DNA of 64,000 bases from Lama glama (lineage: Eukaryota), in the NCBI GenBank assembly GCA_028534125.1, contig CM052816.1:9116001-9180000 (forward strand), written 5' to 3'. The position numbers and the translations under genes were made by a program. The notes below the pieces were generated by a model. It had not been told where the DNA came from. It saw only the letters and a list, made by a program, of their open reading frames with translations, and did not search any database. Positions within the stretch are counted from its first letter, which is position 1, and every line of letters starts with the position of its first letter. Positions 13,016-24,545 of the stretch are shown here, in pieces.

Positions 13016-14201
13016 GTATGGTTCTTAATAACTGGCTCAAAGAATCATTTGGGGAACTGGAGAAAAATACCTGTATAGATGTGGCGAGGCGCTCTCCTGG
13101 GCGGGGCCTACGCAGGGTCGGACGAGGGATAGACGTTCATGGCGAAAGGGGCCGCTCTTCCTGTCTGCGGGCCCCTGGCCTCTCCTCCCCGCCCGTTGGT
13201 GGCGTGTGGGAGGCCGCGGTGCGGAGTCCAGCCGACCTCGGTCTCCCGCCCATGCCTCAAGGTGCCGGCCGGGCGGGGGTCGCCTGCCGCAGCGGGCACT
13301 CTGGCCTGGGCGTCTCGGCGCGTCTCACGGGCGCTGCGTGCCCCCCGTCGTGCGTGCGCGCGTCTCGCTCGGCGCTCCGCGGTGCGCCCGCAGCGCTCCA
13401 GGTCGTCCCCCCGGTGCCGAGGCCGAGCGGTGGCGACGTTTTCCTGTTCCTGGCGAGCCCCTCGCGTCCCCACTGCGGTGGTGCGTCCCGTGAGCAGCTC
13501 TCTTCGGGGGGGGAAGTGGGGTGAGACGGTAAGGGAGGCACGCCTGGTGGGGGACAGGTGCCTCGTCGTGGTCGCCGTCACGGCGCGCCGGGCGGGACGG
13601 CCTTGGCCCCCCTCCCCTTCGCAGGGCTTGCACGTGGGCGTGTGAGAGACTGTGGCGGGCTGGGCGAAGAGAAGCGGGGGCTCTGTCAGACTTTTCAGAC
13701 GAGCTCCCTCGTGAGGCAAACGGACGAGCCTGAGTGAGCGGAGGCTTTTCCCGGCGCTGACCGCGAACGCTCACGTTGGCGCCACTCTTATCCAGGCCGC
13801 AGCCCCCACCCCGCCCAGCCGGGAGGTGGCACCTCTTCACATGCCTCCGTGGGCCCGAAGGGTGGGGTGGGGGACGACTCGCCCTCGGTGAGAAAGCCTT
13901 CCTTCTTTAGCCATCCGAGAGGGAGCTTTGAAGTACCGGACTCCCCCAGCTTCCACTCCTCCAAAGCGTGCAGTAACCACCCCTGCCATGTAGGCAGAAC
14001 CCCTCACCTTCGCCTGAGGGGTGCGCGCGCCCCGCGGTGGGGCCCAAAACCTCTCTTAAAAAAAAGGGAAAAAAAAATGCCTGTGACTGGGCTGCAGTAC
14101 GAACGACTTAAACCAGCATTTCTGGAGATGAGGCCCAAGCACTGATATTTTCAAAAAGCAATCTGGGTGATTTGAATAGGCAGCCATGGTTGAGAAGCAC
14201 T
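13016..14201. mobile_element. MER5-type hAT-Charlie element split into two halves (13016-13074 and 14073-14201) by the 5'ETS retrocopy
   Basis: Left half ggttcttaa..gaatcatttggggaact..aaaaatac and right half ..gaggcccaagca..attttcaaaaagc..ggtgatt..gcagccatggttgagaagcact rejoin into a MER5B-like unit. Confidence 0.65.
13075..14072 (+). pseudogene. Processed retrocopy of the pre-rRNA 5' external transcribed spacer (approximately the A'/01 to A0 fragment)
   Basis: GC/CpG-rich block with collinear matches to the human 5'ETS as recalled: ATAGATGTGG 13075-84, GACGTTCATGGCGAA 13132-46, GGCGTGTGGGAGG, GCGCTCCAGGTCGTCCC..GGTGCCGAGGCCGAGCGGTGG, CGCGAACGCTC, CCCTCGGTGAGAAAGCCTT 13882-900, GTACCGGA. A-tail at 14058-72. 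TSD aaaaatacctgt (13063-74) / aaaaatgcctgt (14073-84). Confidence 0.85.
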
Positions 14202-15714
14202 AATTTAGATTAAGCCCTCATTTATCACTGGGAACAGCGAAATCTCAAAAAATAGATGAAATATCTTGATGAACGTGACTTAACTAATGTATGGGAGACT
14301 CTGATTTGTGCTTAGACTCCTATCTCATGATTCCCAAGCCAGAGCCTTTCTGCTGCAGTTACCTTTGGTTCCTGGGGGCAGAACTACAAAATGATCCTGG
14401 TCGACTACAGCTCATTACTGCCAGCTTTCCAGCTAAGCTGCTAGCTTTCAGCACTGACCCCTAACAAGATTTACTAGATGAAGAGCTGTGAACTGATGGT
14501 CCTCTCCTTCAGCCTGTTCAAGCCAAAATCTATTTCATTCTCCCTGTTCATCACCCGCCAAAAAGTACTAACTGTTTCCACTATGAAGAAATGGAAGATC
14601 CACAGCTTGGGTCTCAAAATCCCAGTATATAGGGACAGAAGGAGGCAGACTCCTGGCAGCAATACGAGGATTTGAGTTCAGCTTTAATCAGCAGTGACTG
14701 GATGGAGTGTGATTACTTCATCCCTTATCATTTTAGGGCTGCATCAACAGAAGCACAGGTCCAGAATGCAAACCTAGTAGGTCTGCTTGACTTTGACCCA
14801 TCAACATTTTACAGTTGAAGAAGTTGGGTGAATTAGATGAATGACTCACAAATAGTGTTTGAGCCAAGATTCCAAACCCCTCTTTCCAGTATCAGGTAAT
14901 GCTCATAATATTCTGACCCCATAGTAGAGTGCTTGAGCAGTTGCATGTTCAAAACAACAGAGTAACCGAAAGTAATGGGTTAAGAACTTGAGTCCTCTTG
15001 TTGTATTTTGAGGATACCATGAAGGAGGCCCATATTCCATACGAATAACTTGTGAGATTCCCTTGTACTCTTTTATATCTACTTCCTTGTGCTTTATGGC
15101 TTCAGTCTTCTTTTTTCACCTCTGTGCCATCAAAATAGCCTCCTCCCTAAGCCTAGTCTGTGCCATGATCTTCTTTCCTCTCCTTTTCATTCCAGTTTTA
15201 CAGCTGCAAAGACGGGAACATTTTGGAGAGCTGGGGAGGAAAGAAGTCCCACACAGGACTGGGCAGACAGAAGGGCAGTCTGGGGACAATCATACATTTC
15301 AGGGCCATTACAACCATGCCCCAGCCATCTCCCTAAAGATTCCACTGCCCCTTGCTCTGCTCCAGTACTGCTGTTATCCACCTTGCTGTAGCCAGATCTA
15401 TAATGACCTTGTAGGTTCAGCATATATCAAGCACCTTCAGTATACTAAGCCATGGGACTCAATATGACCTATGGGGGGGAATTTTTTTTTTAAATAAAGT
15501 GGGAACACCCAGGCTGCTGCAGGATTGAGAGCATGTGTCACTGTTCTTTGATAACATCTGAGTACTAAGTAATAATAAGGCAATGTTGATAACAATTAAA
15601 ATTCTTCCAGGCCACCAGCCCTGGAGAAGAAATGGCGACTTGACAAAAACTTGCAATCCTTGCTTATAACTTTCTTATACTCTCACAAATGATCTTTCAT
15701 TTGATATCCTCCAG

Positions 15715-15813
15715 GTAAAGAAACTCCTTCCAAGGATCCAACCATATCGAGTGAGTTTATATCCTCATCTGAAAGTAAGGAAAAATGTTTCCTGCCACAG
15801 AACATGACTCCAG
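15715..15813 (+). CDS. SH3TC2: SH3TC2 exon 2 ([15 protein letters not shown]...CFLPQNMTP)
   Basis: Acceptor ctccag|, donor CAG|gtatct, 99 nt, phase 1-1. Confidence 0.95.
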
Positions 15814-18800
15814 GTATCTAAATGCCAAAGCAAAAACTGTTAAAAACATTTTCCATGTAGAATATTGAAGTAATCCCCTTATCAGTCGTGTCTGCAAACT
15901 CCCTCCCTCTGATCCTTTCTAGATGCTTCCATTAAATGCATCTTTGTAGGCATGACCTTGTCAATGATACTCACTTGCTCACAAATCTTCCAGTGCTCTG
16001 CATTGCCTATAAGATTAAGCTAAACCGTCTCAAGCTGACACTCAGAGCTCTTCGCAATCTGGCACATGTTAGGAGCTCCATACATATTTGCTCTATTAAA
16101 TAAAGTGTATTATCGAACAGATTTTAAGGTGCTGAAGGGCAGGAGTAATTTTTTGAATAATTAAATATTCTGCATAATACCTAAAAGAGTTGCTTGTCCA
16201 TAATTGGTGCTCAGAAAATTTTTGGTAAATACATACATGAATAATTGAGTAAGTACATGGAGGTCATGCTTGTATTCTGTATACTACCTAAAATAGTACC
16301 TTATACAGAGTTGGTTAAGTAAATGAATAAGTGAATGAAGAAAGGGTTGAGTAAGTGGGGGGGAAATTGGCTAGCAGAAGGGTGTCCGTCTCAATCTTTC
16401 AGGAGGAGAAGAAATTTTGAAACCTTGTACTGGAAACTCCGAGGATAAAGCTATAAAAGACTCAGCCGCTGTTATCCAGTACTAGGGACCATTTTTGAGG
16501 GCAAATCCCATGCCAAGAGCAAGCTAAGTCATCCCTACATCTTCTCATCTTCACACACTTACCTCTAGGAGGTGGCACCAAACTCCGCATTTCAAAGGTG
16601 GCAAACCAGAGTCTCAGAGAGGGAGGTGACCTCCGCAGTGTCACACAGTTAATACATGATGAGAAAGGGATTCGATCCCTGGTCCTTGTTTTTAACCATG
16701 TTGCCTCTTTGCCCCCTGAACTTATACGTCTATCCAGCATACAAAATAGAGATTTGTGAAAAAGATTTGCATTATGAATGTTTTAAAGCATATACACTAT
16801 ATAAGCAGATAGTGTATAAATGTCATGTCTTCTCAAACTTCTTGGTTGACAATGAGAAAAACCTGGCCCTTTATTTCTTGCTGTTATGTCAATCTGCTTA
16901 TCTGTCTGTCAGCTTGGGCCATCCCTGCAAAAAGCTGAATCACCCACCATCTGTTGTTTCATGAACACAGTGGAGTCAGCATTTTGCCTTACTAGTGCAC
17001 AAAGGCCAACAAACAAAGGGTACATGTAGGTGAAACTTAACCACCCCAGCCTGAGCTTGTCCATCCTTCAGCATTTTCTGCCATGATGCTGTTTCCAGGA
17101 AGGCCATACAGAAGGGGAGACTCAGCTCCAGCTGCCCACTTCTTTATGTGGAAGAGTCAAAGGCAGAATCAATGAGATATATTATTATGATTAAACCACC
17201 AGTTTTCAGAAGGATCAAAGAAATGACAAAATGCACTTCACACTAAAACTAGAGTGAGCTTGATTTATTCCCCTGTCCAGTGATGCAGAGAAGGCTCTGT
17301 AGGATTCCGCAGTGGGCCCCGAGGCACTTCTCTGAGTAGCAGTTCACTTATTTAAGTCCAGGTCTTTTTAGTTTCATAACCATGGATTCAACTGCATGGC
17401 AAGGAGATTCACACCGAAGGGGCTACCATTCATCAGGAGCTATTCTGAGACAGATTCTAGAGGGGAGTTTGGTTAAGGCTTTGGAAGGACAGGAGAGATG
17501 GGTTTGGTGAAAAGGAATTACAGAATCAGAATCAAGGTTAATTACAGTGTAACAAAATGAGGGCAGCTAGCAGTAACTGCTAGAGAACTGGGGTGGGATG
17601 GGGGTTTGTGAGAGGCAACAGCTAATACATAACCTGTTTATTGAACATTTAGTATGCACCTGGCACTGAACAAAAAGCTTTATGCACATAATCTCATTTA
17701 GTAAGCCTCTTAAAACCCCTGTGGGATAGTACTGTAAAAGCCATTCTGCTAATGAGAAAAGTCAAGCTTAGAGAGGTGCTCGGGGCACAGAGTTAACAAA
17801 GGCAGAGCCAAGTCTTAAGCCCAGGTCTGCGTGACTCCTCCTCCCTGGGCTTCACCTCCTCCTAGAGATCAGTGTGCAGTGAGGCTACTACCAGACGGAG
17901 GGTTGGACCTGGATTGCCGAAGATGGAGGGCTTGCATGAGATTAGAACACAGGCCAGGGAGGAACAGAGTGGCACAAACATCCACCTGAAGAAGCTCACA
18001 CCAACGTCAGGTCAGTTGGGCATATTGTATGGGAGCTGGCCTACAGCCACAGCATTTCGAGGACTTCTAGGTTAAAGATAAGCCATTTAAAGATAGGAGT
18101 CCAGGCTGCCTGTGGACTCAGGCCAGTATAACAGGGGCCATCTCTAATGTGCTTAGGAATTTGCAAAGACCCTGGCAAGCTAGGGCTAGAAGACAGACCT
18201 CTTGTGTTTATTCAGTGGACGTCTTCTCGGTTCATTGTGTTTGATAATTATTAACAGGGTCGCTACTTGTTGTCTAAAGAAGACATGGCAAAGTGCAATT
18301 ATAAGATGAGCCTCCTCAGTGTGCCTTTCCCGACAAGGCTGTCTGCCCTCCAACAGCTCCATCACTGTCTCTTTACCCTATTACATTTTTTTATTCATAG
18401 CACTTCTCTCCATCTGAAATTACTGTGTTCGTGGGGTTGGTTGCTTGCCCAGAATACAAGCTCCATGAGAATAGGACTGTGTCTTTTTTGTTTCCTGCTA
18501 TATCCCAGCACCTAAAACAACTTCTGTTCATAGTATTGGTTGAATAAATGTGCATTTTGAAGACATTAAAGGTTGACTTTAATATGTAAACTAATTACCC
18601 ATACAAGCAATGAGTGCATTATCAGAAAGAAACAGGTTAGAGAAACTGTATGTGTGTATATATAATGTGTAAAGTATGTAATAATTATTACATATCAATA
18701 CACTTCCATAAATTAGTATTCTTTGGAAACTTTCACAAACCATCCAGAGGAGGAAATGTATGTCCTAGCTGGTTCTGTGTGGTACTGTTCCTACAGTGCC

Positions 18801-19081
18801 AGGCAGCATAGGAATAAAGCCTGTACAAACAGAAAAAAACTGACCCACGTGCAGCAACTCCTGAGGTTCCAGAACATTCTGGACTTCAGCATTTTTTTTT
18901 TTTCTTTCTGGAGGTAGAGTTTAAAGGAGGTGCTCAGAGAATCATTAAGATCACTTGTAATCTCTAATTAATGAGGACACCAATTTAGGGGGTTGGGTGT
19001 GAGAAACATTGGGGTTTATCTAAGTCTTTCTTCCCTATTACTGCATTTCATCCTGATCTTTCTCTCACTGTTCTCTTTAAG

Positions 19082-19209
19082 ATCTGACGCTCTCCTTCAG
19101 TGTGAAGAGCCGCTCCAGGAGGTGTGTAAATGGTCCCTTGCAGGAAACAGCCAGGAAGAGGCTCTGGATGCTGGAGAATGAGGACCAGGAGGTGCGTGCA
19201 CTGTTTAAG
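19082..19209 (+). CDS. SH3TC2: SH3TC2 exon 3 ([21 protein letters not shown]...RALFK)
   Basis: Acceptor ctttaag|, donor AAG|gtgagc, 128 nt. Overlaps ORF 19102..19302. Confidence 0.96.
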
Positions 19210-19514
19210 GTGAGCTTCGCAGAGCGGTGCAACTCCGAGTCCTCTGTGTGTCTGTCCACTACAGGCTCCCCAGAACCTAGGACAGCACTGGGAGCAAAGT
19301 AGGCCCTCAAGAAAATACCTGACTGACTGAATGAATGAAAATGTACACATTCTCTGCTCAGCAGGAATGGCTCAACCCTTGGAATCAGAGTCAGAGAAAA
19401 TTTTGTTTTATATCTGCCACTATTAGTTTTATGACCTTCTGCAAGTTATTTAACCACTATAGATTAGGAATCGGTAAAACACCTACCTGATAAAGTATAC
19501 TTTTTAAAAAATGT

Positions 19515-19735
19515 GATAAATTTGAATTTTATTTTTTATTGTGATAAAATGAACATAACAAATTTTTCCATTTTAATTATTTTAAGTGCACAGCTCAGTG
19601 ATATTAAGTGCATTCACATGGTTATGCAATGATCGCCACTATCCATTCCAGAATTTTTCATCATCCCAAACTGAATCTCTGTACCCACTACACAACTCCT
19701 GCCTGTCCCCTTCCCTCGGCCACTGGTAACCACTA
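19515..19735 (-). mobile_element. L1MB-like 3' end
   Basis: ttttattgtgataaaat..aagtgcacagctcagtgatattaagtgcattcacatggttatgcaa..ttccagaatttttcatc. Confidence 0.7.
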
Positions 19736-21944
19736 AGTATAATTTTTTAAGTACCAAAATTACCAGTCAAAAGTTAGTAACTATAAATATTAGAATGAGA
19801 GGAGGAAAAGGCAATAATATAAACCAATTTCTCATCTTTCATAGTAGATAGATAATATCTTCAAGAGTTAAACCAAACAGGAAGGGTATGATTAAATTAT
19901 TTACAATTTAGGAGGTGCTATTAGGAGAACTGAAGTCAGGAATGGTTAAAAGTTGCTGTAAGTACACATGGGGGAAGAAGAACATTGCTTTACACAATAA
20001 ACTGGTAAGTTCCAATTATTTTTATAGTCTACATGAGTTTGATACAAATTAAGAAGAGAAATATGCCCTATAAATCTGTCATGCAGTGAAAAAAAGATAA
20101 TGTCTGGTTTGTTGGGAGGAGTAAATGAGATAGCATCTGTAGAGAGCTTGGCCTTGGGCTTAGATGGTGGAATGTGCTCCAGAAATAGTAGATATATTAT
20201 AAACAGCGGAGTGTTTCTGTTTTTCAGTCTTCAGAATTCAAGAACTTGAAGGCATTAGCTACTAACTGACACCATAGAGTTTCTTTTAATTTGAGTAACT
20301 TTTGTCATGGGCAGGAGCTGGGTTTGGTTGAGGGAACTGAACTGCTGAGTTTTGAGCTGGGCAGGCTTGTGGGCCAAAGCTGAGCCTGGAGTCTATTAGA
20401 TCTGAGATCCAAACAGGACGTCACAGCCTCCGTGGCACACCCTGACTGTGCCCTGGCATCTTTGATTATAAAACAGGTGTAATGCCATTTTCTATTAAAT
20501 CTGAGATGCTATTTGACTATAAAATACATTATTTTATGTACTTCCAAGAAAGGAAATAAATGCTTCCAATTACTTATGATGCCATGCTTTCTCCTTTTTT
20601 ATTTAAGTAATGGTTAAATGTGATAAAAGTGCATAAAGTCCTATAATTACAGGGTTATTGTGAAAGTTAAATGAGGCATTGCTCATCAAGCTTTCGGCGA
20701 AGTGCCTAGCATGTAGTAAAATTCCTTGCAAGTTAGCTTTTCCCGAGGACCCCTTCCCTGATTACCAGAATCTACAGATCCTCTGAAGATTTGGGGTTCC
20801 TGGGGCCTGTTGTGGGACAACCCCAGAGTTCTGACTTTGTTGAAGCAGAGCCTTTTCCTTTGGATCCTTCTGTCCTCTTCTTCTTTCCCCAGGGTCCCCT
20901 CAGAATGGAGCTCCAGGGGTCGATCTTTCATGGCAGGACCTGGCCTGGAAGGGGAGGAACGTTCAGATCATGACTTGTTATAGTCAACTCCAGAAGCTTG
21001 GACAAGTAGCAGAGAAAGATTTTAGGGGAAAACCAAGTCCAGGCATTGATTCAGGCCTGTTTTTTTTCAGATATTAGAAAAGGGGGAGTTGGTGTTGCAG
21101 GTCTTCTTGCTCTGCTTGTGAGCATGTAAACTGGTACAGCCTTTCTGGAGGGTAGTTTGGCTCCTGCATTTTAGGATTGAAAATGTGCATTTCCCAGTTA
21201 CACTTCTTGGACATACTAGTGTCAAGACAATCAAGAGTAGCTACAAAGATTTAGATATGGGATGTTTATCACGGTACCATTCAGGATATTAAAAAATTTT
21301 AAAATTCAAATGTCTAGCTATAAGAAAACATTAAGAATTATGTTAATGCAACAATGACATATATAATGATTAAAAATGTAGATTATTTAATGACATAGGA
21401 GATGGTTCACAAAACATTGTTTAGTGACAGACAATTACAGAACAACTTTTCAGATTCCATTAATATAAAAATAGCTACATGGAAACTCACATACAGGAAA
21501 AAGATTTAAGTCAATACATGTGGTTGTCAACATTGATGATCCCTGTGGGGAGGGATTATGGATACTTTTTATTTTTGTGTGCTTTGGTTTTTCTGTTTGC
21601 CAGCTTCATAAAAATAGTTATTAAACATAGATTCACAAGTTGCTGTCTGTGATTCATCCTTCACCCTCTCACACATACTTTTTTTTTTTAACACGAAAGA
21701 TAACATTCTCTGCACACCGTTCTACACTCTTTTTCTTGCTGCTTTTGTTTCATTTAGCCGTGTATATTTGGAGCCTGTATGATTACACAAAGAGCTTCTT
21801 TATTCTTTTTTTGTGGGTGCATAATATCATAATATTCCATTGTGTGGATAAACCTTAATTTATTTTAACCAGTTTCCTATTGAACATTTAGGTTATTTCT
21901 TTCTTTCTTTCTTTTTTTTTTTTTGTGATGTAAAAATCAATGCC

Positions 21945-22243
21945 AAATGGGGAGAGTGGTCAAAAGGTACAAACTTCCAATTATAAGATAAGTCAGTCCT
22001 GAAGATGTAATGGACAGCATGGTGACTGTAGTTAACAGTACTATATTGTATATTTGAAAGTTGCCAAGAGAATAGATCTTAAAAGTTCTTATCACAAGAA
22101 AAAAATTGTAATTATGTAAGATGGTGAATATTAACTAAACTTATTGTGGTGATCATTTCACAATATGTACACATGTATCATTATGTTGTACAATCAAAAT
22201 TAACACAATGTTATATGCCGATTGTATCTCAATGTAAAAAAAA
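21945..22243 (+). mobile_element. L1MA9-like 3' end (sense), immediately upstream of exon 4
   Basis: ggtcaaaaggtacaaacttcc..agcatggtgactgtagttaa..gaaagttgccaagagaatagatcttaaaagttct..tatctcaat, followed by an A-run. Confidence 0.75.
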
Positions 22244-22294
22244 GTTCATACACAACAAGCTTATTCACAAGATACTTCTGTCACCCCAGGCTGA

Positions 22295-22477
<183 letters not shown>

Positions 22478-24031
22478 TAAAGCTTGACATGAAGGAATTG
22501 GTCCGGCTCTGCTAATTAAAAGTGGTAGAGCCCTAACATGGATGGTTAACCTTTAGAATATCACAAACTGCCTGGAACTAAATCTAAAGCAAATATTGCT
22601 CTGATCCGTCACATGCAACACGTCTCTGTGTTCAGGGAGAGACTATTAGATAATCAGTCAAAAGTGGCAAGCAGTTATTGATCGTCTACCAAATTCAAAG
22701 TAGAGGTAGATATGAAATTGATGGTTAAAAAAAAAAAAAGAAAAGAAACCAGTCTCAAGTAAGATCAAAGTAGCTGCTCAAAATAGTAAATTTCCAGATC
22801 CATGTTTCATGTTTTTACAAGAGTCAAAGAAAGAGATGAGGGAATTGTCTGCTAAAGGGCCTCGGGATGCAGGGCTTTCTAGAAGTTAAAGAAGGATATT
22901 GGGCACAGGTCCAGTACCAGTGTGGTGGGAAATGTTTCACCTACCCTCTCCACAGAGAGTAACTCCTGATAGGGAAGTTGCAATTGGAAAGCAAAACCAA
23001 GCAAAGCAAGAGGAGGTCACTTGAGTTGGCACATGTTTTACATCTCTCATAAAATGCTGGGCTCCGTGCAGACTTACACAGGAAGCGATTTAGTGTAGGG
23101 GTGGAGGGTCAAGATGGCTCTTGGCTGGAAGGTGTAAGTTCTCCTCTTGTGGCTGTGGTGACTTTCTGCTCTCCCGACCACATGTCTCCTTCTGTGACCA
23201 TGAGAGATCCTCACTATTCAAAGTGTGCTCCGTAGATCAGCCACACCAGCATCACGTGGGGCTTGTTAGAAAAGTGGACTCCTAGGCCCCGCCCTGGACC
23301 TACTGAGTTGGCGTCTGTATAAGGTCCCGTGGTGACTTGTGTGCACATCGAAGTACAAGCAGCACAATTGTGGGAGATTCACAGTCTACGTCAGTGCAAC
23401 AGAGAGTCAGAACAGAGACAGTTTTTGCATCTTAAGAAAGGAGCAAAATTTTAATACAAGTAATATACATTTATAGGCGTGTTTAAAATACTGTCCATCA
23501 TTGTTACAATTTTGTAGTTTGCACAGTGTTTGATTTGGTTTTAACAAGTGAGATCTTACTGGGCAAGGAATGAAGGGGAGTGTCAGAGTGATGTTGAAGT
23601 AAATCCTGACTCCTTCATGGGCCGTGGAGAAACTCCCCAGCCACTGCATCATCAGGGGTATGAGAATTTGAACCTGAGGTCAGTAGAACTTTACAGGGGG
23701 ACCAGGAACTCCCAGAGTCAACATTGTAATCTTGAAAATTCCTCCATGGATGTGTTAGAAAAAATAATTTGATTTGATAATCTCATTATACTTTTATGGA
23801 GACCCACAATATGTTGAAAACAAATTTTATTTTAAAATGACTTGTAATTCCCTGCAGATCTGAGAAGAATCAATTCATTTTAGAAATTTTCTAGTTACCC
23901 CTCTTATGCTCTTCTAATTCCACTTAAGTTGAGTCAGATTAGGGAACTTCAGGAAGGTACTTGTTCACCATAATTCCCAGCTATTGGCAGAAGTCATGTT
24001 GTTGAAGAATATTCTTGGCTTGACCTCGTAG

Positions 24032-24175
24032 GCTATGTATCTGCATGTCTGGAGCATCTCCTCTTTGACCACAAGTACTGGCTCAACTGCCGACTGGTGG
24101 AGGATACAGAGATCCAAGTGTCAGTAGATGATAAACACCTGGAAGCAATATACCTGGGACTCCTCATCCAGGAAG
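24032..24175 (+). CDS. SH3TC2: SH3TC2 exon 5 ([20 protein letters not shown]...LGLLIQE)
   Basis: Acceptor ctcgtag|, donor AAG|gtgagc, 144 nt. Confidence 0.96.
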
Positions 24176-24384
24176 GTGAGCATGGAGTAGAAGTGTGGAT
24201 GGGGTTCTTATGTGAATATTTGTTATCAGAGTCCCTGAAATAATGGGGTTACAAAGGGAAGCAAAAGTCATTCAAACATGAAAATAGTTACAAATGAACC
24301 CACCTGTTATAGTATCACTTCAAACATCTTTTTCAGTTTAACATTAATATCACATGAACAGCCATGTTGGCCAGTCTCACTGAC

Positions 24385-24545
24385 TATCTGATGTTAGAAC
24401 TACTTGGGGATTTTTAAGAAGATGCCCAGGTCAGAGCTCCATCAGGGCCAATTAATCTCCAGAGATGGGGGCCAAGCTTTGGCATTTTTTGAAAGTTGAC
24501 CAGGTAATTCTAATGTGCACCCAAGACTGAGAATCACTATTCTAA
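24385..24545. mobile_element. MER5B-like hAT element
   Basis: ggggatttttaagaagatgcccagg..ccaggtaattctaatgtgcacccaagactgagaatcact. Confidence 0.6.

Noticed and set aside
13075..14057. Functional rRNA gene, bacterial contamination or misassembled rDNA
   Set aside because: There is no 18S/5.8S/28S sequence and no Pol I promoter. The A-tail, TSD and split MER5 argue for a genuine retro-insertion, though read-level confirmation is still needed.
13018..14145. Cluster of overlapping 94-203 aa ORFs on both strands as novel protein genes
   Set aside because: Stop codons are scarce in very GC-rich DNA. The products are low-complexity Arg/Ala/Gly/Pro sequences and the region is explained as rDNA-spacer-derived.
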